A stretch of DNA of 64,000 nucleotides from Gemmatimonadota bacterium. Lineage in GTDB: Bacteria > Gemmatimonadota > Gemmatimonadetes > Gemmatimonadales > GWC2-71-9. The notes under the pieces were generated by a model, which was not told the origin of the DNA, searched no databases, and saw only the letters and a program-made list of their open reading frames with translations. Shown one piece after another: positions 35,667 through 45,548 of the stretch. The stretch is from positions 66,311-130,310 of the forward strand of contig JAZDCZ010000386.1 in NCBI GenBank assembly GCA_036679605.1. Reading direction: 5' to 3'. Numbering within the stretch: position 1 is the first letter of the stretch; each line of letters opens with the position of its first letter. Made by a program: the position numbers and the translations under genes.

Positions 35667-36291
35667 GGTCATCTGTCTCACCAACGGTGCGTTTCAGGAA
35701 AACTGCTACATCGTCATCGATCGTGAGACCAAAGAGTCGGTTGTAGTCGATCCAGGAGAAGACTCAGAACTCTTCCTCCGACGGATAAACTACGAAGGTG
35801 TTCATGTTGAGGCTGTATGGCTGACGCACGCGCATCTGGATCATATCCTCGGCGTCAAGCACGTCGTAGAGCAGACCGGCGCTCCGATATACCTGCACCC
35901 CGACGACCGCTCGCTTTACGACAGCATCCAGGAGCAGGCTTCGTGGCTCGGCTTACAGGCAGATGAGCAGCCACAGCCCGGTCATGAACTCGCTCATGGA
36001 GGTCAAGTGGCAGTGGGCGAGTCCACATTTGAGGTGAGGCACGTTCCGGGGCATAGCCCCGGCGGTGTTGCGTTCGTGGGGTACGGATTGGCTATCGTGG
36101 GAGACGCGATTTTCGACGGTTCGATCGGACGTACTGATCTGCCGGGCGGGGATTCGGAAACTCTTCTGACCAGCATCCGAGAGCAACTACTGGTTCTTCC
36201 CGACGAGACGCTCGTCTACCCCGGACACGGCCCGGCGACGACGATAGGAAAGGAACGCAAATCCAACCCGTTCTTGTCCGGTGGTTCTTAG
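35653..36291 (+). CDS. MBL-fold metallo-hydrolase (glyoxalase II-like)
   Basis: NCYIVIDRETKESVVVDPG and the THAHLDH metal motif are present, followed by PGHSPG. The likely start is TTG 35653 (AAGG 6 nt upstream); the track gives 35590 inside trxB. Confidence 0.85.
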   Translation: MAPVEVICLTNGAFQENCYIVIDRETKESVVVDPGEDSELFLRRINYEGVHVEAVWLTHAHLDHILGVKHVVEQTGAPIYLHPDDRSLYDSIQEQASWLGLQADEQPQPGHELAHGGQVAVGESTFEVRHVPGHSPGGVAFVGYGLAIVGDAIFDGSIGRTDLPGGDSETLLTSIREQLLVLPDETLVYPGHGPATTIGKERKSNPFLSGGS

Positions 36292-36311
36292 AATTGTCTA
36301 GGGACCGCGAG

Positions 36312-36395
36312 TGCCGAAGGGGGGACTCGAACCCCCATGGGCATTTGCCCACTGCGCCCTGAACGCAGCGCGTCTACCAATTCCACCACTTCGGC
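36312..36395 (-). tRNA. tRNA-Leu (anticodon CAG)
   Basis: The reverse complement reads GCCGAAGTGGTGGAATTGGTAGACGCGCTGCGTTCAGGGCGCAGTGGGCAAATGCCCATGGGGGTTCGAGTCCCCCCTTCGGCA. It is a class II tRNA with a long variable arm, anticodon loop TTCAGGG and T-loop TTCGAGT. Confidence 0.93.
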
Positions 36396-36455
36396 CGGAA
36401 CTTCCGAACAAGTGCCGAATATAGACGGGCTGTCAAAGCCGCGTCAAGCCTTCGC

Positions 36456-36484
36456 TTGACCGCCCGGAAATGGTTTTCTATCTT
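36456..36484 (+). promoter_or_regulatory. Candidate sigma70-like promoter for smpB
   Basis: TTGACC (36456-36461), a 17-nt spacer and TATCTT (36479-36484) are present. This would give a very short leader before GTG 36496. The -35 lies in the 3' arm of a 7-bp hairpin (GTCAAGC/GCTTGAC). Confidence 0.25.
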
Positions 36485-36495
36485 GAACTTAGCTC

Positions 36496-36975
36496 GTGTC
36501 GCAGCAAACTAGACCGGAGAACTCGCGTGGCCGCGTAGTGGCCAGTAACCGGAAGGCCCGGCACGACTATCATATCGAGGAAACCTGGGAGGCTGGATTG
36601 ATACTCACAGGATCCGAGATCAAGTCCGTCCGGGCTGGGAAGGTGAGTCTCAAGGGTGCCTACGGCATAATACGCCAAGGCCAGATCTGGTTGGAAGGTG
36701 TGAATATCGCTGCATATGAATCTGGTGGTTATACGAACCACGATCCGGTCCGATCCCGTAAGCTCCTGATGCACCGATCCGAAATCCGGCGACTCATTGG
36801 CTCGCTGGAGCGTCGAGGGCTCACCTTGATTCCCCTAGATATGCATCTCTCACATGGTTGGGCGAAGGTGACGTTGGGCCTTGGTCGAGGAAAAAAACTT
36901 CACGACAAGCGTGAGGATGTGAAGCGCCGCGACGCCGAGAGAGAAGCTGCGCGTGAAATGGGTCGCCGCCGATGA
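36496..36975 (+). CDS. smpB: SsrA-binding protein
   Basis: NRKARHDYHIEETWEAGLILTGSEIKSVR...LLMHRSEI...GKKLHDKRED is the canonical SmpB sequence. Confidence 0.95.
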   Translation: MSQQTRPENSRGRVVASNRKARHDYHIEETWEAGLILTGSEIKSVRAGKVSLKGAYGIIRQGQIWLEGVNIAAYESGGYTNHDPVRSRKLLMHRSEIRRLIGSLERRGLTLIPLDMHLSHGWAKVTLGLGRGKKLHDKREDVKRRDAEREAAREMGRRR

Positions 36976-38228
36976 AGGCTATGCTAGGCGCGGCGGTTCT
37001 ATTTGCCGGGATCTTGAGTGAAACCGGAGGAGCGCCCGCCCCCGCCCCCGCCCCCACTTCCATAGTGATCGCGACTGCCCGGGGGCAGGCCACGGTTGCC
37101 GTATTGAGGGAACGGGGGCATCCGGCGCTGGCGGCACCCATACTTGCCACCCTATTACCGATCAGCACAAGAGTCGAGGGCGATTGGGCAATCGTAGAGT
37201 TTGCCCAGCAGCCGTTTCGTTTTCCCGTCGATGTTCCTGCTGTGCTATTTCGTGGTCGTGTCATACCTCTGGTGGGTGGAGCCTACTCGCTGCGCGACAC
37301 GGTTTTTGTGCCGCTGCAATGGCTCACTGAGTTTGTCCCCCGCATCTTTCACGAAGGATACCGGTACGATCGTGACGCGGCGCGCTTCGAAGAGGCGCGA
37401 ATCGCTCGAATAGACCCGACGACCGAAGCCTTACCGGAACCAGCATACAGGATGGCCGCACGAGGCAGTGAGGCGGCCAAGCATGGCTTCAGGATGCAGC
37501 ACATGGTCGTGGTCGATGCGGGGCACGGCGGGCGCGACCACGGTAATCCTGGACGATTCCTGCCGCGTGGTGTTCAAGAGAAACACGTGACTCTAGCCAT
37601 TGCAAAACAAGTGCGGGATGAACTGCAAGGGCAGGGCATAGTGGTCACCATGACCCGAAGCAGGGACAAGTCCATCAATCTGTTCGACCGGGCGCCAACG
37701 TGTAACCATGAGTGTGACCTCTTCGTAAGCATCCACGTCAACAGCCTGAAGCGTGGGCCCGGATACGATCGGGTGAGTGGTGTGGAAACTTATTTTCTGA
37801 GCGAAGGGCGCACTGCCGAAGCCAATCGTGTGGCAGCAATGGAGAACGATGCGCTCCGCTATGAAACGGGCAGTTCCGTCGATGCCGGCGATCCGCTGTC
37901 CTTCATATTAAAGGACCTTCACACCAATGAATATCTCCGTGAATCCGCTCTTCTCGCGGACTTCGTGCAAGAGCAGGCGGCCAAAGTGCATCCTGGCAAG
38001 AATCGTGGGGTCTCCCAGGCACGACTAGCGGTGCTGGGGGCCGCGCTGCGACCTGCGATATTGGTCGAGACCGGCTTTGCAACCAATCGGCGGGACGCTC
38101 AATATCTAGTCTCGGCAGCCGGTCAGCGTAAGTTGGCGAAGGCCATCGCTTCTGGTGTCGCAACTTACTTGCGGCAATACGAGGACAAACTGCTGGCTGG
38201 TGCCGGACAGAACGGGCCACGCCGGTGA
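36972..38228 (+). CDS. N-acetylmuramoyl-L-alanine amidase (Amidase_3) with an N-terminal extension
   Basis: It has a signal peptide, an APAPAPAP linker and the catalytic domain VVVDAGHGGRDHGNPG...DLFVSIHVNS...LVETGFATN. It overlaps the smpB stop (ATGA). Confidence 0.88.
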   Translation: MKAMLGAAVLFAGILSETGGAPAPAPAPTSIVIATARGQATVAVLRERGHPALAAPILATLLPISTRVEGDWAIVEFAQQPFRFPVDVPAVLFRGRVIPLVGGAYSLRDTVFVPLQWLTEFVPRIFHEGYRYDRDAARFEEARIARIDPTTEALPEPAYRMAARGSEAAKHGFRMQHMVVVDAGHGGRDHGNPGRFLPRGVQEKHVTLAIAKQVRDELQGQGIVVTMTRSRDKSINLFDRAPTCNHECDLFVSIHVNSLKRGPGYDRVSGVETYFLSEGRTAEANRVAAMENDALRYETGSSVDAGDPLSFILKDLHTNEYLRESALLADFVQEQAAKVHPGKNRGVSQARLAVLGAALRPAILVETGFATNRRDAQYLVSAAGQRKLAKAIASGVATYLRQYEDKLLAGAGQNGPRR

Positions 38229-39106
38229 TCCTAGCGGGTACGATCTCCGTTTTTGGTACCAGCTTCCAGAATCCAATCTTGCTTGCCGCCGGCACGGCGG
38301 GGTTCGGACGTGAATTGGCTGGGGTAACCGACCTGGACCGGTTGGGCGGGTTAGTGACAAAAGCGGTCAGCTTGGAACCGCGTGCAGGCCACGCTCCACC
38401 TCGGGTCGCGGAGTTCTCCGGCGGAATGCTGAACGCGGTGGGTCTTGCGAATCCGGGTGTGGACTACGTGGCCGAGACAGCTCTGCCGTGGCTGGCGGAA
38501 CATCTCACGTGCGCCAAGGTGTTGATCAACGTGGTGGGGGACTCGGTAACGGATTTTGGTATGGTGGTCCGGAAACTCGAGGGCCAGGAGATCGTGACCG
38601 CGTTCGAGTTGAATGTCTCGTGCCCCAACACTAACGGCGGTGGCGACGAGTTTGCGGCGAACGAAGGCATCTTGTCGGAGTTGGTTTCCCGGTGTCGCGG
38701 CGAGACCTCCAAGCCGTTGGTGGTGAAGTTGGCCCCGACGCTGACGGATCTAGCGCGGACCGCTGCCGCTGCTGCGAACGCTGGCGCAGACGGTTTCACG
38801 TTGGTCAACACGTTACCCGGAACGCTTTTTCGCACTGAGCACGAGGGAGGCGATGGAGAGAGTCGATTGGGATTTGGGCGGGGGGGGGTGAGCGGGCCTG
38901 CGTTGCTACCGGTAGGAGTCCTTGCCACCAGCACGGTCAGCAAGCAGATTGGGCTTCCTGTTATTGGGTTGGGCGGCATCCGGTCGTTGGGCGATGTGGA
39001 CCAGTATCTGGCTGCAGGGGCATCGCTGGTTGCGGTTGGTACGGCTGCATTGTGCGACCCACGCCTGCCGGAACGGCTTGCCTCTGGTTGGAGCGCCCGT
39101 GGCTGA
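38225..39106 (+). CDS. pyrD: Dihydroorotate dehydrogenase, class 1 (Cys active-site base)
   Basis: FQNPILLAAGTAGFG, NAVGLANPGV, ELNVSCPNT and GGVSGPAL...GLGGI are present. It overlaps the amidase stop. No pyrK-like gene is adjacent. Confidence 0.9.
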   Translation: MILAGTISVFGTSFQNPILLAAGTAGFGRELAGVTDLDRLGGLVTKAVSLEPRAGHAPPRVAEFSGGMLNAVGLANPGVDYVAETALPWLAEHLTCAKVLINVVGDSVTDFGMVVRKLEGQEIVTAFELNVSCPNTNGGGDEFAANEGILSELVSRCRGETSKPLVVKLAPTLTDLARTAAAAANAGADGFTLVNTLPGTLFRTEHEGGDGESRLGFGRGGVSGPALLPVGVLATSTVSKQIGLPVIGLGGIRSLGDVDQYLAAGASLVAVGTAALCDPRLPERLASGWSARG

Positions 39107-39785
39107 GCTGATAGTGGCACTGGACGTCGATTCCAGGAACGATGCTCTGCGGCTGGTCGACTCCCTTCCCGATCTGGAGTGGGCCAAAGTCGGGCCGATG
39201 CTGTTCTTGGCCGATGGGCCTGCCATAGTTGAGGCGCTGAAGGCGCGCGGGATCAAGGTCTTCTTGGATCTCAAGTGGCACGATATCCCGAACTCGGTTG
39301 CCGGTGCCGTGCGAGTGGCTGCAGATCTGGGCGTCGATCTCGCTACGGTACATGCTCTGGGTGGCGAGCGGATGTTGAGCGCGGCTCAGGCTGCCAGCGG
39401 GCATATGCGAATTGCGGCGGTCTCCGTACTAACCTCGCATTCGGAGCAGGGTTATTGGGATACAGTTGGACGCGCTGGAAATGGTAGTTTAGGAGGTGAG
39501 GTAGCGCGGCTGGCAGAACTGGCGGTACGTTCGGGTGTGGATGGGATAGTGTCGAGTCCGAGGGAGGTGGCCGAGATTCGTTCAAGGGTAGGGGCCGACT
39601 GCTGGATCGTGGTTCCTGGGATTCGCCTGCGGGGTGGGGGCGCATCCACTGACGACCAGAGCCGGACTGCTGAACCTAGTTCCGCTGTGCGGGCGGGAGC
39701 CACGCATCTCGTGGTTGGCCGTCCCATCACGGAGGCCAAAAACCCGATTCAGGTGTATGATACGATCAGGAACGAAATTAGGTGA
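39099..39785 (+). CDS. pyrF: Orotidine 5'-phosphate decarboxylase
   Basis: LIVALDV, VFLDLKWHDIPNSV and the C-terminal HLVVGRPI are present. GTG 39099 overlaps the pyrD stop; the track ORF begins at 38922. Confidence 0.9.
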   Translation: MAELIVALDVDSRNDALRLVDSLPDLEWAKVGPMLFLADGPAIVEALKARGIKVFLDLKWHDIPNSVAGAVRVAADLGVDLATVHALGGERMLSAAQAASGHMRIAAVSVLTSHSEQGYWDTVGRAGNGSLGGEVARLAELAVRSGVDGIVSSPREVAEIRSRVGADCWIVVPGIRLRGGGASTDDQSRTAEPSSAVRAGATHLVVGRPITEAKNPIQVYDTIRNEIR

Positions 39786-39808
39786 TCCCGTTGTTTGGCT
39801 TATAGAAT

Positions 39809-40252
39809 ATGAATAGACCCAATCGTCAGCACTTGCGCCGCGCCTCTATCTTGGGGGCCGCCCTCATCCTCGGGTTTTCACGGGCCGATGCCCAGGAGCC
39901 CGATCTCAGCGAGGCTGTGAAGAAGGCCCAGAGCGCATGGATGGAGCACCGGGTCGACCTGCTGGTCTCCAGCAGCGATACGGTCAGGCTCCATATTCCG
40001 GGAGTGGTCCCTTCTGCATCCCTGAGGCCGGGCCAGGCAGCCCGCCTATTGGAACGTTATCTCAAGACCGCGAGCGAGCGGACATTCGAGCTGCGAGATG
40101 TCCGCGAACTGGCCCCAGACCACGCATACGCCGAGGTAGAGAGAGTTTATGTGGTGAAAGGCACGTCTGAGGAGCGGGAAGAGACCGTGTTTTTGGGCTT
40201 CCGTTTGGTCCACGGCAAGTGGAGCCTGCGAGAGGTTCGCGTCACCCCGTAA
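39809..40252 (+). CDS. Hypothetical secreted protein (147 aa)
   Basis: It has a signal peptide (ASILGAALILGFSRADAQ). No diagnostic motif. The size and pattern are compatible with a small SnoaL/NTF2-like fold, which is a guess. Confidence 0.55.
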   Translation: MNRPNRQHLRRASILGAALILGFSRADAQEPDLSEAVKKAQSAWMEHRVDLLVSSSDTVRLHIPGVVPSASLRPGQAARLLERYLKTASERTFELRDVRELAPDHAYAEVERVYVVKGTSEEREETVFLGFRLVHGKWSLREVRVTP

Positions 40253-40322
40253 CTCCTCACTTGCGCAGCACTTACGCCCCATCTATATTTCAAGGCTCTG
40301 AAATTTCTTTCGAGGTGTTCTG

Positions 40323-40439
40323 TTGAAAGTCCGCTCCAGCGTCAAGCCAATTTGCGAACACTGTAAGGTTGTGCGTCGCAAGGGAGTTACACGAGTGATT
40401 TGCAAGCGCAATCCAAAACACAAGCAGAGGCAAGGGTAG
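40323..40439 (+). CDS. rpmJ: 50S ribosomal protein L36
   Basis: Too short for the ORF track. Manual translation from TTG 40323 gives [38 protein letters not shown], with stop TAG at 40437-40439, 3 nt before rpsM. Confidence 0.9.
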   Translation: MKVRSSVKPICEHCKVVRRKGVTRVICKRNPKHKQRQG

Positions 40440-40442
40440 CAG

Positions 40443-40823
40443 ATGGCGCGTATTTCTGGAGTTGACCTCCCCAGGGGTAAGAGGGTCGAAACGGCACTCA
40501 CATACATTTACGGCATCGGTATTTCCACGTCGCGCAAGATTCTGGAGTTGAGCGGAGTTAATGGCGATACGCGAGTGAGTGATCTCTCGGACGCTGACGT
40601 GGCGCGGCTTCGTCAAGCCATTGAGCGAAACGCCAAGGTCGAGGGCGCCCTTCGTACCGAAGTGGCGATGAATGTGAAGCGCCTAATGGACATCGGTAGC
40701 TATAGAGGCACTCGTCATCGGCGAGGACTTCCAGTGCGCGGACAGCGCACCCACACCAACGCTCGGACTAAAAAGGGACCGCGCCGGGCAATCGCTGGCA
40801 AGAAGAAAGTGATAAAGAAGTAG
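40443..40823 (+). CDS. rpsM: 30S ribosomal protein S13
   Basis: [26 protein letters not shown]...[18 protein letters not shown]. Confidence 0.97.
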   Translation: MARISGVDLPRGKRVETALTYIYGIGISTSRKILELSGVNGDTRVSDLSDADVARLRQAIERNAKVEGALRTEVAMNVKRLMDIGSYRGTRHRRGLPVRGQRTHTNARTKKGPRRAIAGKKKVIKK

Positions 40824-40826
40824 CTT

Positions 40827-41219
40827 ATGGCCAAGCCGAAGGGTTCAGGGGGAAAGCGAGTCAAGAAGATCGTCGAAGCAGAGGGCATCGCGCACGTTAC
40901 GGCGACGTTCAACAACACGCTGATTACCATTACAGATACGAAGGGCAACGCGATCGTTTGGGGATCGGCGGGAAAGTCAGGCTTCAAGGGATCTAAGAAG
41001 TCGACTTCCTTTGCGGCCACGGTGGCAGCGGAGAATTGCGCACGCGAGGCGCTCAACATGGGTGTACGCAAGGTCCATGTTAGGGTCCAGGGCCCCGGTG
41101 CTGGTCGCGAATCCGCGATCCAGGCGCTGGCCGGAGCGGGGTTACAGATTGCGTCGATCCGCGATGTCACGCCGATTCCGCACAACGGTTGCCGTCCACC
41201 TAAGAAGAGGCGGGTCTAG
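40827..41219 (+). CDS. rpsK: 30S ribosomal protein S11
   Basis: [22 protein letters not shown]...GSRKSTSFAA-like block...[18 protein letters not shown]. Confidence 0.97.
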   Translation: MAKPKGSGGKRVKKIVEAEGIAHVTATFNNTLITITDTKGNAIVWGSAGKSGFKGSKKSTSFAATVAAENCAREALNMGVRKVHVRVQGPGAGRESAIQALAGAGLQIASIRDVTPIPHNGCRPPKKRRV

Positions 41220-41221
41220 CC

Positions 41222-41857
41222 GTGGGTCGATATACAGGTCCGGTTTGCAGGCTTTGCCGCAGGGAGGGCGCAAAGCTGTTTCTGAAGGGTACGAGATGCC
41301 TCACAGAGAAGTGCTCAGTCGATCGCCGTGCCTACGCTCCGGGAGACCATGGCCAGGCACAAGCAAGGCGCCGCAAGGTATCGGAATATTCCAAGCAGCT
41401 GCGTGAGAAGCAGAAGGTAAAGCGGATGTACGGAATATCGGAGCGGCAGTTCCGAAACACGTTTCAGCGTATCCGCCGAGCGCCTGGTGTCACCGGAGAC
41501 AATCTGCTGATCGCGTTGGAGACGAGACTCGATAACATAGTGCATCGGATGGGGTTTGCCGTGAGCCGAAATGCGGCGCGACAGCTGGTCCGACACGGTC
41601 ACGTAGAAGTGAACGGGGGTGCAGTGGACGTTCCCTCCTATCGAGTCAAAGTGAACGACGAAGTGCGAGTGTCCGAAAAGAGTAGCGAGTTGGTCATTGT
41701 GCGAGCATCGCTTGAGGCGCTGTCTCGAGCAATCCCGGTGTCTTGGATAACAGTAGATGCGGAGAAGGCGGTAGGAAAAGTTACTGAAATGCCGACGCGC
41801 GCGACGATCCCCGTCGATGCGCAGGAGCAGCTCATCGTTGAATTATACTCGAAATAA
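41222..41857 (+). CDS. rpsD: 30S ribosomal protein S4
   Basis: GRYTGPVCRLCRREGAKLFLKGTRC...LREKQKVKRMYGISERQFRN...RLDNIVHRMGFA. The start is GTG. Confidence 0.97.
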   Translation: MGRYTGPVCRLCRREGAKLFLKGTRCLTEKCSVDRRAYAPGDHGQAQARRRKVSEYSKQLREKQKVKRMYGISERQFRNTFQRIRRAPGVTGDNLLIALETRLDNIVHRMGFAVSRNAARQLVRHGHVEVNGGAVDVPSYRVKVNDEVRVSEKSSELVIVRASLEALSRAIPVSWITVDAEKAVGKVTEMPTRATIPVDAQEQLIVELYSK

Positions 41858-41859
41858 AT

Positions 41860-42906
41860 ATGACGATTGATCTAACTGGTTTGGTTCGACCCCACGTGGT
41901 CGAAATGACGAGACGGGATGACCTCCCGTTCGCGGCAGAGTTCCGACTTCAGCCTCTTGAGCGTGGGTTCGGCCATACGCTTGGCAATGCCCTGAGGCGC
42001 ATGCTGTTGTCAGCGCTGCAGGGGTCGGCTGTTTGGGCGTTTAGACTCGAGGGCGTAGTGCACGAGCACCAGACCGTGCCGGGCGTGGCCGAGGATATTC
42101 ATCAGATTATTCGGAATCTGAAGGCCCTGACCATCATAGTGGCGCCCGATGTAGAGGGCACAGTGCTACACCTCAAGACGAACAAGGCCGGCCAGGTAAC
42201 GGCCAAAGATCTCGAGCCCCATGGCAGTGTGAAAATTGTCGATCCCGACCACGTGCTCTTTACGCTGCAAGAAGATCGGGAGATCCTTGGTGAGCTATAT
42301 GTCAACAAGGGACGCGGCTATGTGGAGGCATCCCAGCATCCCGCCGACCGATCCCTTCCGGTCGATTTGGTCCGGATCGACGCCCTATACAATCCAGTAC
42401 ACCGAGCGAACTTCACCGTGGCTGAGACACGCGTCGGGCAGCGGACTGACTTCGACAGTATAACGCTGTCGGTAGAGACCGACGGGGCAGTTAGCCCGGA
42501 GGACGCTGTAGCGTACGCAGCTGCGTTGCTCGAGGAGCATCTGCACCACTTCATCGACTTCGGCCAGGTACCCACGGCGCCCAACGGAGGCGATGGGTCA
42601 TCAGGGGCTGACACCGCTGCGCTGAGAGATCTGCTGTCAAAGTCCATCGATGACTGCGGACTTTCGGTCAGGTCGATCAACTCGCTGAAGAATTCGAGCA
42701 TTAGCACCCTTGGTGACTTGGTCAAATACAACAAGGACGACCTGCTAAAGGTGAAGAACGTGGGCGAGAAGGCGCTGAATGAGATCATGGAGATGCTCGA
42801 GCGCGAAGAGTTGAGCTTCGGAATGACCGTCGATGAACAGAGCGACGAGTTGGCCGTGTCAGATTCCGGAGCGGGCGGCATAGGACTTGGGGAAGTGAAG
42901 GCATAG
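41860..42906 (+). CDS. rpoA: DNA-directed RNA polymerase alpha subunit
   Basis: The N-terminal domain has [24 protein letters not shown]. The C-terminal domain has [21 protein letters not shown]. Confidence 0.97.
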   Translation: MTIDLTGLVRPHVVEMTRRDDLPFAAEFRLQPLERGFGHTLGNALRRMLLSALQGSAVWAFRLEGVVHEHQTVPGVAEDIHQIIRNLKALTIIVAPDVEGTVLHLKTNKAGQVTAKDLEPHGSVKIVDPDHVLFTLQEDREILGELYVNKGRGYVEASQHPADRSLPVDLVRIDALYNPVHRANFTVAETRVGQRTDFDSITLSVETDGAVSPEDAVAYAAALLEEHLHHFIDFGQVPTAPNGGDGSSGADTAALRDLLSKSIDDCGLSVRSINSLKNSSISTLGDLVKYNKDDLLKVKNVGEKALNEIMEMLEREELSFGMTVDEQSDELAVSDSGAGGIGLGEVKA

Positions 42907-42910
42907 GCAT

Positions 42911-43267
42911 ATGCGGCATCGCAAGCGCGGCAAACAGCTCAGCAGGACCGCCAGCCATCGGAAGGCAATGCTCCGCAATATGGCTACGTCGCTGTTCAAG
43001 CACGAGCGAATTGTCACCACTCAGACCAAGGCCAAGGAGTTGAGGCCCTACGCGGAAAAGCTCATTACTTGGGCCCGACGCGGAGATCTACATGCTCGCC
43101 GGCGGGTAGAGCGGTATGTGAAAGATCGTAAGGTTGCAGGACATCTGTTTGGAGAGATCGGACCCAGGTTTGCCAGCAGGCCGGGTGGTTATACTCGTAT
43201 TATCAAGCTCGGTCATCGATCCGGAGATGGTGCCGAGATGGCCCGGATCGAGTTACTCTCCGAGTGA
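42911..43267 (+). CDS. rplQ: 50S ribosomal protein L17
   Basis: [53 protein letters not shown]. Confidence 0.97.
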   Translation: MRHRKRGKQLSRTASHRKAMLRNMATSLFKHERIVTTQTKAKELRPYAEKLITWARRGDLHARRRVERYVKDRKVAGHLFGEIGPRFASRPGGYTRIIKLGHRSGDGAEMARIELLSE

Positions 43268-43291
43268 GCGGGAGCAGTGCATACGGTAGGA

Positions 43292-43319
43292 TGGGGGCCT
43301 AAAGGTCCCCATTTTTTTT
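43292..43319 (+). terminator. Rho-independent terminator after rplQ
   Basis: The hairpin is TGGGGCC-TAAA-GGTCCCCA, followed by T8. The T tract overlaps the stop codon of the convergent rpmB. Confidence 0.75.
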
Positions 43320-43536
43320 AGGGCGAAGCGGCGAGAGCGGTACTTCTGGGCGCTTTGGTAACACGGCCGGATCTGAGGCATGCCGTGCAGACGCGGATTC
43401 GCTTGGACTTACCGTCGACCAGCGCTCGGACGCGCTGTAAATTAGGGTGCCACCGGCGCTTTGTCTTGTTGTTGGCATGACTTACGTTGTTACCGTACCG
43501 AGGACCCTTGCCACAGATTTCGCAGATGCGTGCCAT
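43318..43536 (-). CDS. rpmB: 50S ribosomal protein L28
   Basis: [37 protein letters not shown]. Confidence 0.95.
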   Translation of the reverse strand: MARICEICGKGPRYGNNVSHANNKTKRRWHPNLQRVRALVDGKSKRIRVCTACLRSGRVTKAPRSTALAASP

Positions 43537-43638
43537 ATGTCCGTCAATGAATTGGTGTTCGTTAATAAACTGCCGATAACAGGTAATCTTAAAACCTAGC
43601 TGTGGTCGGCCACTGATTCAAGGGTTGAGGAGACGAGA

Positions 43639-44604
43639 ATGCCTACCGCATTGATTACGGGAATAACCGGTCAGGACGGATCGTACCTGGCCGAACTGCT
43701 GCTCTCGAAGGGATATGAGGTGGTGGGGGTCGTACGGCGGACCTCGCACGATTCGTACGAAAGAATCGGTCACCTCCTGGATCGGCTTTCGATAGTGCCG
43801 GCCGATCTGCTCGACCAACACTCCTTGACGACCGTGATTGGGGACGTCAAGCCCGATGAGATTTACAACCTTGCGGCGCAGAGTTTCGTGCCCACCAGTT
43901 GGTCCCAGCCGGTTCTCACCGGTGAATTCACAGCGCTCGGCGTAACCAGGATTCTGGAAGCGGTGCGATTGGCACATCCCCAGGCGAGGTTCTACCAGGC
44001 GAGTTCGTCGGAAATGTTCGGCAAAGTGCTTGAAACACCGCAGACTGAAAAGACCCCATTCTATCCGCGCTCTCCGTACGGCATCGCTAAGGTGTACGGC
44101 CACTGGATAACTGTGAATTATCGGGAATCCTACGACCTCTATGCGGTGAGTGGAATTCTATTCAATCACGAATCGCCGCGCCGGGGTCTGGAGTTTGTCA
44201 CACGGAAAATCTCCGATGGCGTGGCCCGGATCAAGCTAGGCTTGGCGGACGATCTCAAGCTCGGCAACCTCGATGCCCTCAGGGACTGGGGATACGCGGG
44301 TGACTACGTAGAAGCGATGTGGCTCATGCTGCAACAGGATGAGCCCGGCGATTACGTGATCGGCAGTGGAACAAGTCACTCAGTACGCGATTTCGTGGAG
44401 GTGTCCTTTAGCCACGTCGGTCTGGATTGGGAGAAATATGTTACGGTCGCGCAGCAATTCATCAGACCGGCTGAAGTGGAGATCCTTCACGCCGACGCGA
44501 GCAAGGCGTGCGAGGTGCTCGGCTGGGCTCCCAAGGTATCGTTCGAGCAACTGGTAGTGATGATGGTCGACGCCGACATGGAGCGTCTGTCGGTGGCGAA
44601 GTGA
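43639..44604 (+). CDS. gmd: GDP-mannose 4,6-dehydratase
   Basis: [46 protein letters not shown] and [11 protein letters not shown] are diagnostic. Confidence 0.93.
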   Translation: MPTALITGITGQDGSYLAELLLSKGYEVVGVVRRTSHDSYERIGHLLDRLSIVPADLLDQHSLTTVIGDVKPDEIYNLAAQSFVPTSWSQPVLTGEFTALGVTRILEAVRLAHPQARFYQASSSEMFGKVLETPQTEKTPFYPRSPYGIAKVYGHWITVNYRESYDLYAVSGILFNHESPRRGLEFVTRKISDGVARIKLGLADDLKLGNLDALRDWGYAGDYVEAMWLMLQQDEPGDYVIGSGTSHSVRDFVEVSFSHVGLDWEKYVTVAQQFIRPAEVEILHADASKACEVLGWAPKVSFEQLVVMMVDADMERLSVAK

Positions 44605-45548
44605 AGGTTCTGGTAACCGGCGCCGACGGCTTCGTGGGGTCGCATCTCATCCCCAAGCTGCTGGAGAAGGGTCACGAGGTGTCAGCCGCCGTCCGTCCGA
44701 GCGACCCCATCGGTTCTGAGGTGCGGCGGGCAGTGTCGCCGGACATCCCCACGGTCCCGCTGGAGTTGCTGGATCCCGAGTCGGTGCAGCGAGCCGTGGA
44801 CCAGGAATGGGATGCGGTGGTCCACCTGGCGGCTATGGCTTCAGGGTCCGACGTAAACAGCGATCCGATGGCCGGATGGAGGATCAATACGCTGGGCGCT
44901 GCCCTCATGGTCTATGAACTGTCGAAGCGCAAGCTGGCAGGAGCGGATCCTGTCGTTCTGATCGTGTCTACGGCTGAGGTCTACGGTGCAGGGGAAGAGC
45001 GACCCCGTGTCGAGACGGATGTCCCCTGTCCGACCTCTCCTTATGCTGCTACCAAGTTGGCGGCTGAATGCGCTGCGTTGGAGGCATATCGGAGAACAGG
45101 GCTCAGAGTGATTGTCACCAGGGCGTTTCCCCACACAGGCCCGGGTCAGGATAGTCGTTTTGTGGTTCCGGCGTTTGCCGAGCGCCTGCTGGATGCCAAA
45201 CGGCGTGGGGCCCCCGCCGTCAAGGTAGGCAACTTGGAGGCGGTAAGAGAGTTTACCCATGTCGATGATGTTGCGGCTGCGTACGTGCGCCTGCTGGAGG
45301 ACGGCGCGGCCGGTGAGATCTACAATGTCTCATCGGGCGACGCCATCACGATCCGTGAGTTGTTTTTCTTGCTTGCCAAGGCGCTGGAGATGGACTCCAT
45401 CCCTGAGGTCGATTCCAGGCTGATGAGGAGGGCAGACATCCCATACTTGGTGGGGGACAGTACCAAGCTGCGTGAGAGAACGAGCTGGGAACCACGGATA
45501 TCGCTGGAGCAGACCATCCGAGAGGTCGTCGGTGCCCAAGCGGACTGA
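44601..45548 (+). CDS. rmd: NAD-dependent epimerase/dehydratase, GDP-4-dehydro-6-deoxy-D-mannose reductase (Rmd)-like
   Basis: [25 protein letters not shown] and [18 protein letters not shown] are present. GTG 44601 overlaps the gmd stop. The Rmd-versus-Fcl assignment rests on sequence style and position, so it is inferred. Confidence 0.7.
   Translation: MKVLVTGADGFVGSHLIPKLLEKGHEVSAAVRPSDPIGSEVRRAVSPDIPTVPLELLDPESVQRAVDQEWDAVVHLAAMASGSDVNSDPMAGWRINTLGAALMVYELSKRKLAGADPVVLIVSTAEVYGAGEERPRVETDVPCPTSPYAATKLAAECAALEAYRRTGLRVIVTRAFPHTGPGQDSRFVVPAFAERLLDAKRRGAPAVKVGNLEAVREFTHVDDVAAAYVRLLEDGAAGEIYNVSSGDAITIRELFFLLAKALEMDSIPEVDSRLMRRADIPYLVGDSTKLRERTSWEPRISLEQTIREVVGAQAD

Noticed and set aside
37033-37056. 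A short tandem GCCCCC-type repeat. A similar GGN run occurs at about 15413-15436.
   Set aside because: Both are in-frame low-complexity coding segments (an APAPAPAP linker in the amidase and a poly-Gly in the TonB-like protein). They are not CRISPR or other non-coding repeats. No CRISPR-like periodic repeat was seen anywhere in the window.
38880-38888. A G9 homopolymer tract inside pyrD, considered as a possible slipped-strand phase-variation site.
   Set aside because: It is in frame in a housekeeping gene and encodes the conserved Gly-rich FMN-binding stretch (GFGRGGVSGP). It is more likely a sequencing-error hotspot than a switch.
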